A stretch of DNA of 25,338 nucleotides, from assembly GCA_016840855.1 (NCBI GenBank), contig JAEORO010000107.1, forward strand, positions 1 to 25,338, in the 5' to 3' direction. This document shows, one piece after another, positions 16,401 to 25,233 of this stretch (position 1 is the stretch's first letter; every line of letters starts with the position of its first letter). The stretch comes from Candidatus Thorarchaeota archaeon. GTDB lineage: Archaea > Asgardarchaeota > Thorarchaeia > Thorarchaeales > Thorarchaeaceae. Below the pieces are notes generated by a model. It was not told the origin of the DNA and searched no databases. It saw only the letters and a program-made list of their open reading frames with translations. The position numbers and the translations under genes were made by a program.

Positions 16401-17224
16401 CGGACTTTCTTAACAGAAAGACATCCAACCTCAACTAATCTGTTAATAAGAAACCAGAGTGCTCGTGGGTCTAAGGGAAGAGATTCAACGACTTCTTTAA
16501 TTTTTTTAACACCATCGAATTTCTCAAGAATTTCTTCAAGATGCTCCCCATATTGAGATTTCAGCATACCAAGTTTCATCTTGGGACACTCAGAACGTAC
16601 AAGAATATCATCATCTGTAAGTCGTTTCTTGAAATCAATCCATTGATATCTATCTAAAATTGAAATGAGAGCTAGTGCTTTGTTATCAGAGAATCCAATG
16701 AGGTCCATTATCTCAGCTACTGTACGTTTTCCATTTATGAAGGATTCAAGTTGCTCTAGGTCATGATCTACAGCACCAACTCGAAAGGGGATTCTTATAC
16801 CCTTTTCTCGTTTCATTGGAACTAGATCCAAATCCACAGATGAAAATGGAAACTCTTGAATGATATCTAGAGCAAACTCTCTAAATCGTCGAATGTCTCC
16901 CTCAAAATGCCGAAGCTTGTCACCATGTTCGCTTTCAACTAGTCCAAGAATTCGCTTGAGCTTCTCCCGGTATGGAACTTCATCAGGTACTGGATCAACG
17001 ACAAGTAGTACAAGAACACTCTCGCCAACTTCTATTAGTATATCATATGCAGCTTTTCTAATCGTTCGTATAGGTGTCTTTGCAAATATGATTACTGCTG
17101 TAACAAATCCCGCAATCAAGTCTGGATCGACTGTGAGTTCAGCATAAGGGATATTCAATACAGACTCTCCACCTTCCATTCGGATAAGAGAAATATACCT
17201 TACTTTTGAAACATCCAATGCCAA
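16397..17224 (-). CDS. Longin-like domain + two winged-helix repeats (NPRL2/NPRL3-like architecture), paralog 2
   Basis: Longin pattern YISLI..GG..VL....VDPDLIAGFVTAV..F...FEGDIRRFREF; wHTH repeats FINGKRTVAEI and FDGVKKIKEV. Confidence 0.7.
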   Translation of the reverse strand: MALDVSKVRYISLIRMEGGESVLNIPYAELTVDPDLIAGFVTAVIIFAKTPIRTIRKAAYDILIEVGESVLVLLVVDPVPDEVPYREKLKRILGLVESEHGDKLRHFEGDIRRFREFALDIIQEFPFSSVDLDLVPMKREKGIRIPFRVGAVDHDLEQLESFINGKRTVAEIMDLIGFSDNKALALISILDRYQWIDFKKRLTDDDILVRSECPKMKLGMLKSQYGEHLEEILEKFDGVKKIKEVVESLPLDPRALWFLINRLVEVGCLSVKKVR

Positions 17225-17227
17225 ATC

Positions 17228-18103
17228 TCAGACCTCCCTGCTCCTTTGAGCTATTGAGGGATCGTCAATATAGCCTAAAACACCAGCATCTATAAGACGA
17301 TTGGCTACGGTTTTGACAGCTTCCATGTTATAAGGAAGACGCTCACATATTTCAGATAGAGTCTTTGTACCATCACACTGTTCAACAAGTTTAGTCAATT
17401 GATCACCATATACACCAAGAAGGAACATTGGAGGATCCATGATTTTTATTAATACACTAATATCCTCAAGCCGACGCGTAAGTGTAATCCACTTATACTT
17501 GTCAAGCATTGACATTATCGCCATGATTTCTGAATCCTCAAAATCAGACTGCTGCATGATATCTTCTATTGTTCGTTTTCCATTGATGTAACCTAGCACA
17601 ACTTGAAGTTTCTCATCAGTTTCACCCACGCTCCAAGGGATAGGAGCCTGATGATCTGGAGTCGCCTCGGATTTACTCACTAATCTTGGTATCATCTTAA
17701 GATCAAAAGTCCGGTATGGGTAGAACTCAAGAATATCCAATGCATACTCTCTAAATGGTCGAATATCACCTTTCCATGAAATAAGCTGTGACTGGTAATT
17801 GGCTTCAAATTTTTCAACAATTTTGATTAGATTATTTCGGTAAGGCGTATCATCTTCGACTTTGTCAACAATGAGCAAACCGACAACATGCTCGCCTTCT
17901 TCAATGACAACGACGTATCCTTCTTTTACAAAGGTCTTGAGCTGTCTGTTCTCAAAGATGATTACAGCAAGAACGAAACTAGCTACTAAATCAGGGTCAA
18001 CTGACATAGGTCGATATGGAATACCTATGATGGGTTCTCCCCCTTCTTTTCGAACAAGAGAGAGATAGCGGACTTCCGCTTTTTCCTTGTGCGTTTCGTT
18101 CAC
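17228..18103 (-). CDS. Longin-like domain + two winged-helix repeats (NPRL2/NPRL3-like architecture), paralog 1
   Basis: VDPDLVASFVLAV..F...WKGDIRPFREY; wHTH repeats YINGKRTIEDI and CDGTKTLSEI; collinear with the 16397 ORF. Confidence 0.7.
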   Translation of the reverse strand: MNETHKEKAEVRYLSLVRKEGGEPIIGIPYRPMSVDPDLVASFVLAVIIFENRQLKTFVKEGYVVVIEEGEHVVGLLIVDKVEDDTPYRNNLIKIVEKFEANYQSQLISWKGDIRPFREYALDILEFYPYRTFDLKMIPRLVSKSEATPDHQAPIPWSVGETDEKLQVVLGYINGKRTIEDIMQQSDFEDSEIMAIMSMLDKYKWITLTRRLEDISVLIKIMDPPMFLLGVYGDQLTKLVEQCDGTKTLSEICERLPYNMEAVKTVANRLIDAGVLGYIDDPSIAQRSREV

Positions 18104-18138
18104 AGTTTATCGACTACCTGAAACCCTAAATAACCTTG

Positions 18139-19032
18139 TTAGAAGAAATCCATCAACCCACTCTGTGTTACCATGGTAATATCTGCATCACCTTCTAAGC
18201 TATATCCTATTACCTGCTTCAAGTCAACAACTGTGTATGAACTCCCGATGCCTGTGACAAGAAGAGACCCCTTCATTCCGATTACATCTCCAACGAGTGG
18301 ACGCTGATCGATAGGATCAGACCTTTTTCTCCATGGCACAGGTGAAATATCTAATGATGGTAGCGAATAATACTTGGAGAGACCTTCCAATTCAACCTGA
18401 GTCCCCAACTCAATACTTTCCAATCCAACTATAAAATCATCAACAATCTTTTGAGCGGTCTTTAAATCAATAGTACTTTGGAGACCCTTTATTTTCCTTT
18501 CTCCTCGTACCGCCTTAGTAATTTCTCTTCGTTTACTTAAACGATCCTCAAGGCGTCTTGCTTTTCGTCCACCAGTGATGTATTTAATTATCCCTCCATA
18601 ATCAGCTCCTTGTTCAATCCAACGAAGTCGCACCCTCCCTTTCGATGAAACTCCGACTTTTAATGTTGAATCATTGAAAACAACAACGTAAACTACATAA
18701 TCAGATATATCACATTGAGCCTTTCTTGCTTCTGTACCTAGGCAAGTTCTACCGTCACAACGAATGCAGGGATCATAAAAATCCAAAGCTGAGCAGGGAC
18801 CACAGCGAACTCCATGACGCAGCATGACAGAATCCTCAGGGCATTTCACTGGTTTACCAGTTGAGTCAATACTTCCGATGCATCGTTTTGGACCTCTAAA
18901 GGACCAATTGAGATGTTTACCAGGTGTAATGGGTACAAAATCCAATGTTTCAGTTTCTTGTCGCCAAACTTGAAGCCCGGATTCGTAATTCCCATTGTCC
19001 AAGACTCTCCAAGCAACATCTACTATCTGCAA
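18139..19032 (-). CDS. DUF2797-family Cys-rich protein
   Basis: CIG...CP...CGPC...CIRC...C...C...YVVY.....LKVGVS.....RWIEQGA...LED...GMKGSLL. Confidence 0.75.
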   Translation of the reverse strand: MQIVDVAWRVLDNGNYESGLQVWRQETETLDFVPITPGKHLNWSFRGPKRCIGSIDSTGKPVKCPEDSVMLRHGVRCGPCSALDFYDPCIRCDGRTCLGTEARKAQCDISDYVVYVVVFNDSTLKVGVSSKGRVRLRWIEQGADYGGIIKYITGGRKARRLEDRLSKRREITKAVRGERKIKGLQSTIDLKTAQKIVDDFIVGLESIELGTQVELEGLSKYYSLPSLDISPVPWRKRSDPIDQRPLVGDVIGMKGSLLVTGIGSSYTVVDLKQVIGYSLEGDADITMVTQSGLMDFF

Positions 19033-19042
19033 TATAATTCCC

Positions 19043-20089
19043 TCAAAAACCCTTGAACTGACTCTTTCCCAGAATCATCCAGTCTACTCCAGCGATGTTC
19101 AAGTCTGCTTTGCACTTTGGACAGTGACCATCATTGTCAAGGTTATTCTGACTAAGGTAGACTGAATATCGCTGAACTGCTTTAAATCCGCAATTCGGGC
19201 AGTAAGTATTTTCATAATCATGTCCAGCTATATTCCCTGAATAAACGAAGACAAGTCCAGCCTCTTTAGCAACAGCAATATGAGCTTCAAGTGTAGCAGC
19301 AGGAGTACGCGGAAGATGTGTCATTTTGTAAGTTGGAGAAAATGCGGTTAGGTGAAATGGTGTTCGTTCGCCAAGATGTTCCACAATCCATTCTGCAAGT
19401 ACACGTGAGTCGTCCACCGAGTCTCCAACTTTAGGAATAACAAGATTGGTAATTTCAATGAATATCCCTTTTTCTTTCATTCTTAGCATTCCATCGAAAA
19501 TTGGTTCAACCTTAGGGACAGACATCAAGTCGTTGTAGAACTTCTTGTTAGCACTTCCCTTAAAATTAATAGACGCTGCATCAAGGTATGGTGCGATATA
19601 ATCGATCGCTTCTGGGGTCATATATCCATTTGTAACGAAAGTATTGAACATCCCTTTATCGTGCGCTATCGCTGCTGTATCATGTGCAAGTTCCATGAAA
19701 ACTGTGGGTTCAGTATATGTATATGTAATTCCACCGCAGTCGTATTTTTGGGCGAGGGATACAATATCAGCGGGTTCAAGTTTTTGCCCGATAGGAGTTT
19801 CTCGGTGCGCAGAGTGATAGTTAAGACAAAATTGACACCTAAAATTACATGAAGAGGTACTTATTGAGAATGTACTACTACCCGGAGCAAAATGGAATAG
19901 TGGTTTTTTCTCTATCGGATCTACAGCCATTCCATCAATTAGGCCATAAACTGTGGAGTAAAGTTTGTTATTCTTTGCTGTTCGAACTCTACAAAAGCCT
20001 GTTTCACCATCATGTATTACGCATCGTCTTGCGCAAAGATCACAGCGAACTCCACTTTTTAGATTAGAGTACAGTACTGCTTCTCTCAT
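19043..20089 (-). CDS. amrS: AmmeMemoRadiSam system radical SAM enzyme (PflA-like)
   Basis: CDLCARRC..GFCRVR, VDPIEKKPLFHF, CNFRCQFC, TYTYTEP, VTNGY, EITNLVIP, NTYCPNC. Start placed at MREA (20089); the track start is 20101. Confidence 0.9.
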   Translation of the reverse strand: MREAVLYSNLKSGVRCDLCARRCVIHDGETGFCRVRTAKNNKLYSTVYGLIDGMAVDPIEKKPLFHFAPGSSTFSISTSSCNFRCQFCLNYHSAHRETPIGQKLEPADIVSLAQKYDCGGITYTYTEPTVFMELAHDTAAIAHDKGMFNTFVTNGYMTPEAIDYIAPYLDAASINFKGSANKKFYNDLMSVPKVEPIFDGMLRMKEKGIFIEITNLVIPKVGDSVDDSRVLAEWIVEHLGERTPFHLTAFSPTYKMTHLPRTPAATLEAHIAVAKEAGLVFVYSGNIAGHDYENTYCPNCGFKAVQRYSVYLSQNNLDNDGHCPKCKADLNIAGVDWMILGKSQFKGF

Positions 20090-20183
20090 CTTAAGATGCA
20101 ATCAAAATAGGCTCTTATGCTTCTTACGGTTAAGTAGGCAATCCAAAGTAGTCATTATTAAAAGGCCAAGGTATGAAAAAAAT

Positions 20184-20642
20184 ATGGTTAGGTCAATGCC
20201 AATATCTGAGGAGTTAGAACGGTTGGGTAATCTGTTTAAACTTGCATCAGAACGAAATAGGCCATTTTTAGAAAAATGTTCTCAAACGAAGTACCTTGCA
20301 GTGACAGACTATGATAAAGCAACCAGTGCTACTTTTGACCTCGCAAAACAGACTCTGCAAGAGGCGAATTCCAGTCTTACAACCCGTGATGATTGTAAAA
20401 GATATCTTGCCAAACTAAGAAATGCAATAGAATCTGGCCAACTTAACCCAGATCTCATCCACACACTTGAGAAACTCAAAACCCAATATCTTGAGAAGGT
20501 CTTGCGTCCAGCAGTTCGCACATATCTTTCGAATGATGAATTTAAGACAGCTCAAATTGATGCGCTCTATAATGATGCTCTAAAGATTGATGGACTTATT
20601 GAAGTGATTCAATTTCTAAAAAAGGTTGAACCCGTAGTGTAA
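20184..20642 (+). CDS. Hypothetical all-alpha protein (about 150 aa)
   Basis: 3' part of track ORF 19965-20642. ATG 20184 or 20196 follows TATA-like TTATTAAAA (~20156-20164); the upstream extension overlaps amrS in antisense. Confidence 0.7.
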   Translation: MVRSMPISEELERLGNLFKLASERNRPFLEKCSQTKYLAVTDYDKATSATFDLAKQTLQEANSSLTTRDDCKRYLAKLRNAIESGQLNPDLIHTLEKLKTQYLEKVLRPAVRTYLSNDEFKTAQIDALYNDALKIDGLIEVIQFLKKVEPVV

Positions 20643-20650
20643 CAGGACAG

Positions 20651-22090
20651 CTACTCTTTCTTGTAATCACGATGGACTAAAGTTTGACCATCGACAACCC
20701 ATGCAATGCCTAGAGTTTGAAACTCATCAGCCCATTTCATCACAATTGCAGGAGCTACACCTAGAGACCTCGCAATCTCCCGAATTGACATTTCACCATG
20801 CTCTTCGACCATTAAGAATGCTTTTGTCTTCTCAGTACTATCCATTAGATCAAGATAGCCTTCAAGTGTTTCTTGAGTATGTGCTAACTTAGCTTTTGTT
20901 TCTTCAAGGTCGCTTGTTGCTCGTGCAAGATTAGCAGTAGCCCTTTCAAATTCAGTCTTGAGTCGTTCAAGTTCTCTTGCCTTATCTCCGGACTCAAACG
21001 AACGAAGTCGTGCTCGAATCTCTTCCATTTCACCTAGTCGCGTAGCAGTCTTTACTTTCTCATCCTCAAGCTGTCGAACTTTGGTTTTTACATCACCCAA
21101 CTCGAGATCTTTCTTCGCAATTTCATCTGAGTACAATTTCGCCTTTTGTCCGGCTGCATTTGCTCTTGTTTCAACTTCTGAAACCTTTTCTTGCAGGAGG
21201 TCACGTGATGCCTCCAAAGATTTTACCGTTGATCTAAGTTCAGAGATTACCTCAACATCCGCCTGAGGAGTCGCCTTTAAACGTGCTAATTCTTCCTCAA
21301 TCTCCTCGTTGACAACCTTGAGTGAAGCATTATCTTTTCGTAAACTCTCGACTTCAGCCTCTCTTGTTTCAACCTTCTGCTGAGAGATACTAAGCTCCTG
21401 GGTGATTTCATCGATACGCCTTTCAAGAACTTTCATTTTATCAGCAATTTCTTTTGGAACTTCCATTTTTGGTTTCATACCCAGCTCTGAGGACAAAAAC
21501 TCCACTTCAGTTGATGATCTCTGTGTAAAGTCGTCTATGTTTGCTTTAAGATTCGTTAGTTCCTCGTAGGTCACTTTCATTGATTCTTTAAGACTCTCTG
21601 TTAAGTCTCGCACTTTTTCGAGGATAGGTGTTGACATTCCTGAGGTTAATGACTCTTCGACCTTGTGAAACTCCTCATCAACAATCGGCTTCACATCGTT
21701 GTCAATATAGGTCACCTGAAGGTTTGTCTTTGCAGCACGCTTACTGCGAGAAACTATATCACCCCTCATACTCACAAGATTTCCCTTTAAACCTACTAAA
21801 AATGACAAAACCACGGGTACAAGGTCTCGCTCTATACGGTCTATCGACCCATCAACAGTCATGATATTCCGTTCAAGAAGACCAATACTATCTTGCAACC
21901 GCTCTACACTTTTATTTATCTCAATCCTTCTACGAACTTGATCTGCAGATTCCACTCTCATAACATCACTCGTCATACGACCAGAATCTACAAGCTCCTG
22001 TCGCATCTCATCGTCGACACCAAGCTCTGTAAGAAGCTCGTCAACAACGCTCTTATCCCCAGGGGGTTTCTTTTCAGGAACCTTTGCCAT
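20651..22090 (-). CDS. Long coiled-coil protein with a C-terminal winged-helix/HTH
   Basis: Extended heptad regions, then KTKAFLMVEEHGEMSIREIARSLGVAPAIVMKWADEFQTLGI; no Walker A motif seen. Confidence 0.8.
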   Translation of the reverse strand: MAKVPEKKPPGDKSVVDELLTELGVDDEMRQELVDSGRMTSDVMRVESADQVRRRIEINKSVERLQDSIGLLERNIMTVDGSIDRIERDLVPVVLSFLVGLKGNLVSMRGDIVSRSKRAAKTNLQVTYIDNDVKPIVDEEFHKVEESLTSGMSTPILEKVRDLTESLKESMKVTYEELTNLKANIDDFTQRSSTEVEFLSSELGMKPKMEVPKEIADKMKVLERRIDEITQELSISQQKVETREAEVESLRKDNASLKVVNEEIEEELARLKATPQADVEVISELRSTVKSLEASRDLLQEKVSEVETRANAAGQKAKLYSDEIAKKDLELGDVKTKVRQLEDEKVKTATRLGEMEEIRARLRSFESGDKARELERLKTEFERATANLARATSDLEETKAKLAHTQETLEGYLDLMDSTEKTKAFLMVEEHGEMSIREIARSLGVAPAIVMKWADEFQTLGIAWVVDGQTLVHRDYKKE

Positions 22091-22202
22091 GCGAAGACCT
22101 CACGGTATTCTATCACACAATGGACAGATGCTTAGTTAGCCAGATAATACATAAATCTATTCGAGTTATGCTTCTATTATCTAAGGAGCCTGTGAAACCA
22201 TC

Positions 22203-23039
22203 ATGCGCCTTAAGATTGAGATGCAAGCTAATGTACACAACCGCGGTTCTGCAAAACTAACACGAGGAATGATGATTTGGCATCTTTTTACAGACATTGA
22301 GAATCAGTTTGTAGAGATGATAGATGTCTTTCCTCCAGCTAGAGTCACAGAAAAAGCAGAAAAGAATATGGTCGCAGTTATTAAGGTCCCAGAATTGAAT
22401 CCAGGAGAGAGCTTCTCACCGACTGTGGTTTTACGAATAGACACTATCACACGTGACTGGCTAATGGAACCTCAACTGGCGACTGAAGAAAGAATTGCAA
22501 AGAATAGAGGAATTTATTGTTCCATGCAAAAGTACTGGGAGTTTGAAGATCCATTAATTCAAGAATTATCTCAGAACGCCGCTGAAAGAACTGGAGATGA
22601 TGAATCATATGCGAAACTTGCATTTCAGATAGTACGTGATAGTGTAAAACTCAAGACTCATCTTGACGAACGTAGAGGAGCTGCAAGAGCGGTTAGAGAA
22701 AAGGAAGGAGACTGCGATGAGCATGCTGATTTATTCATCGCATTACTAAGAGCAGTTAGAATTCCAGCCCGAAGAATTGTAGGCCACTATTATCGCAATG
22801 GACCTGAACCAGAACCTCATGCATGGTGTGAGATGTTTTTGGAGAGAAATGGATGGATCCCTGTTGACCCCGCTCTTGGAAATTTCGGTATAATGACAGA
22901 GCACTATTTCTCAAGAATTAGAGAAGGCCATATTTCAGAACGACCAACAATTCACTTGAAATGGAGCGGAATTGCATCACAAGCACCTTCAGTAGAAGAG
23001 GTGGTTAGGATGACGATTCTAAAGAATGGTCAAGGTTAG
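22203..23039 (+). CDS. Transglutaminase-like cysteine protease family protein
   Basis: Catalytic triad motifs GDCDEHA (Cys), HAWCE (His), WIPVDP (Asp); LRAVRIPAR. Confidence 0.9.
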   Translation: MRLKIEMQANVHNRGSAKLTRGMMIWHLFTDIENQFVEMIDVFPPARVTEKAEKNMVAVIKVPELNPGESFSPTVVLRIDTITRDWLMEPQLATEERIAKNRGIYCSMQKYWEFEDPLIQELSQNAAERTGDDESYAKLAFQIVRDSVKLKTHLDERRGAARAVREKEGDCDEHADLFIALLRAVRIPARRIVGHYYRNGPEPEPHAWCEMFLERNGWIPVDPALGNFGIMTEHYFSRIREGHISERPTIHLKWSGIASQAPSVEEVVRMTILKNGQG

Positions 23040-23782
23040 AGACCAGATATCTTTCCCATTGTTTCGAGCTGAACAAAAATTTCAGATCCAAAATGCCAAC
23101 AAGAATGAGTATCAAATATGCAACATTTAATCCGTGGTAGAAGAGGAGCTTCGAATGCAGATCGAAGCGTATTTGCCAGATGGTGTGCCAACATTTCACC
23201 ATATGCCGAAACTTGTGGAATCGATTCCATAAAACGACGCTTTGTCTGATCTAGAGGTCCTGGTTTGTAATCGCAGACTTGAATCATATTATCCACATAA
23301 CGGATTAAGTCAACATGACCAGTCAATTTGTAACGCTCAGACCAAACAGGAACCTCGATAGCAATTGTGTTAGAATCGTTTAGGATGAACTCTTTCAGGA
23401 TACTATGATCTGCGCAATAACTGAGATCATTTCTTGATCGATGGAAATCTCGAAGTAAACTTACTAGATCATCATCTATCAATGCAGTGAGGACTCCAAG
23501 CCGTTTGAGTTTTTTTCTAAGTCCTATCTTCTCTGGCTTTGTCATCTCAGAGAAACGCAAGCGTGATGCTCGCGTATAGAAGGGGTCCATGAAAGGATTG
23601 GCAGGTACATTTCCAGTGAGAATAGAATTCAGATGTGCCCATAGAGATGCCAAATCCCCATTCGTATGACCCAATTTTTTATGATGGCTTGTATTCCATT
23701 GAAAACCATAGGCTACCTTACCGTGCTGAAAATCTCTTCTGAGGATATCATCTGAAACCGGAGCCATGTCCTTCGACCTCAA
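23036..23782 (-). CDS. PD-(D/E)xK nuclease superfamily protein (RecB-like)
   Basis: IAIEVPVW....LTGHVDLI.......VCDYKP......PQVSAY matches the RecB-type E, D, DYK and QxxxY motifs. Start may be ATG 23767. Confidence 0.8.
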   Translation of the reverse strand: MRSKDMAPVSDDILRRDFQHGKVAYGFQWNTSHHKKLGHTNGDLASLWAHLNSILTGNVPANPFMDPFYTRASRLRFSEMTKPEKIGLRKKLKRLGVLTALIDDDLVSLLRDFHRSRNDLSYCADHSILKEFILNDSNTIAIEVPVWSERYKLTGHVDLIRYVDNMIQVCDYKPGPLDQTKRRFMESIPQVSAYGEMLAHHLANTLRSAFEAPLLPRIKCCIFDTHSCWHFGSEIFVQLETMGKISGL

Positions 23783-23878
23783 AATCAGTGCCTAATCTTT
23801 TTAATCCATCGAAGATAAAACATCATGAAGTCCTAATGTTTTTAATCAACCAATAGCTTTGAAGCTTTGGTGTTAAGG

Positions 23879-24175
23879 ATGACATACGCATTCATTGTAT
23901 TCTACCGATTTCAGATAATGACTCCTGAGCAAGCAGGAAAAGCAAAAGAATTCTGGCAGGAGTTCGCAGGAGGAGAATGGCCGGAGCATCTCAAAATCAT
24001 CGGTGACTACAAGTATGCATGGGGTTCTGATTGGAACGGTTTTTTGTTATTAGAAACTGAGGATCCGCAAACATTCTTTGAGTTTTGGCCAGTCTTCAGA
24101 AACAAGACACGATGGTACATTGATAATACACGAACAATCATTGCTATCAAGAGAGAAGCAAAAGATTGGATGTGA
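23879..24175 (+). CDS. Small dimeric alpha+beta barrel protein (GYD/DUF3303-like)
   Basis: YAFIVFYRF...LKIIGDY....SDWNGFLLLETED..TF.EF...NTRTIIA has a ferredoxin-like beta-alpha-beta pattern. ATG 23879 preferred over TTG 23867. Confidence 0.6.
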   Translation: MTYAFIVFYRFQIMTPEQAGKAKEFWQEFAGGEWPEHLKIIGDYKYAWGSDWNGFLLLETEDPQTFFEFWPVFRNKTRWYIDNTRTIIAIKREAKDWM

Positions 24176-24189
24176 ATACATCTCGAAGT

Positions 24190-24218
24190 AAAAGAGAGGA
24201 GTGGGCTCTAAAGCCCAC
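24190..24218 (-). terminator. Stem-loop and pyrimidine tract between convergent genes
   Basis: GTGGGCT-CTAA-AGCCCAC (24201-24218); on the minus strand it is followed by TCCTCTCTTTT. Confidence 0.6.
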
Positions 24219-24252
24219 GTCTAATACATTAAGTTTGAGTCAAGTATCGTTG

Positions 24253-24999
24253 TTAGGGTGGAGCTGAGTCTTCCATCATCTTGACAATCCAGCGAACGTT
24301 CTTATCACTTAGTTCGTCACTTGTCCAGATCATAATAGATCCAGTAGCTCCATTGACTGATGTCTTCAATGTAGTTTTTGGACTTGGATACTCAAACATA
24401 CCTCTGAATCTGGCAATGGCTCCTTTGTACCGTCGAGTGTAGATCCCTACCTCCTCCTCGCTCTGAAGACCACCGCCTTTGAACTCAGCTTGTCTGAGAT
24501 TGCCTTTCTCAACTCCAGTTACAAGAACAGAATCAACGTCAGTTGCCATATCATAGAGTGTCTTTGCACCGCCATTAAGATTGAGTGGCTCAATGATAGC
24601 TCCAGTTTGCTGAACTAAGATTCGCCGAATTCTTCCAGCAATTCTCTCGGAGCCTCGTATCTCTACGGTCTTTCGTTCAAACTTTACGAGTACTGAACCA
24701 TTATCAACGGAATAGAAGGGTTTTGTAGAAAAACCATCAGTTCCGTAAGTTCGAACGAGAACACGGAAATCTGTCATAAAATCAGCAGTGACAGTCTTCC
24801 CGTCAAGTTTTACATTACTAAAACCAGCTCCTAGCTTCTTCTCCTTTCCAGTTGTTGGAGTATAAATGACATCTTTCATTTTAGCCATTAACTGGTTTGG
24901 ACTTAGTGTCATATTGTTCATTCTGAACAATCTAATCGATAGACCCAGTCCCCGAACCGGAATTGGTTTGGGTTTCGGCCTTGATTTGCTTTGGCTCAA
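24253..24999 (-). CDS. Hypothetical basic, beta-rich protein
   Basis: 248-aa ORF with TTG start, SD-like TGAGG, TATA-like TTTTATAT near 25090 and a terminator downstream; no family recognised. Confidence 0.7.
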   Translation of the reverse strand: MSQSKSRPKPKPIPVRGLGLSIRLFRMNNMTLSPNQLMAKMKDVIYTPTTGKEKKLGAGFSNVKLDGKTVTADFMTDFRVLVRTYGTDGFSTKPFYSVDNGSVLVKFERKTVEIRGSERIAGRIRRILVQQTGAIIEPLNLNGGAKTLYDMATDVDSVLVTGVEKGNLRQAEFKGGGLQSEEEVGIYTRRYKGAIARFRGMFEYPSPKTTLKTSVNGATGSIMIWTSDELSDKNVRWIVKMMEDSAPP

Positions 25000-25233
25000 A
25001 TTTCCTCAACTCACTGCAGCTAGATTGAACCGGTATAGCAACCGGCCTCACCTTCCATTGGAATGAAAATAATAGTGCATCACTTTCATATAAAACATAG
25101 GTAGAATCCAGAAAATAGTACAAAATAACGGACGTATCATCCCCATACTATTACAGAGATGATTCTGAGATAACTACTGAAAATATAATTGAAGCTATAG
25201 TTTTGTTTGGCGCCAAACCATTACTGTAAAAAT

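Noticed and set aside
19965-20183. N-terminal extension of the 225-aa track ORF
   Set aside because: It overlaps amrS in antisense and spans the divergent promoter; the real start is likely 20184 or 20196.
20651-22090. SMC/Rad50 or Wadjet JetC assignment for the coiled-coil proteins
   Set aside because: No Walker A/B, signature motif or hinge is visible.
23036-23782. Cas4 or CRISPR association
   Set aside because: No repeat-spacer array or cas genes in the window, and no Cas4 Fe-S cysteine pattern.
25205-25218. Perfect 14-bp palindrome GTTTGGCGCCAAAC as a mobile-element end or operator
   Set aside because: Single copy, about 15 nt after a stop codon, with no transposase nearby; most simply a 3' hairpin.
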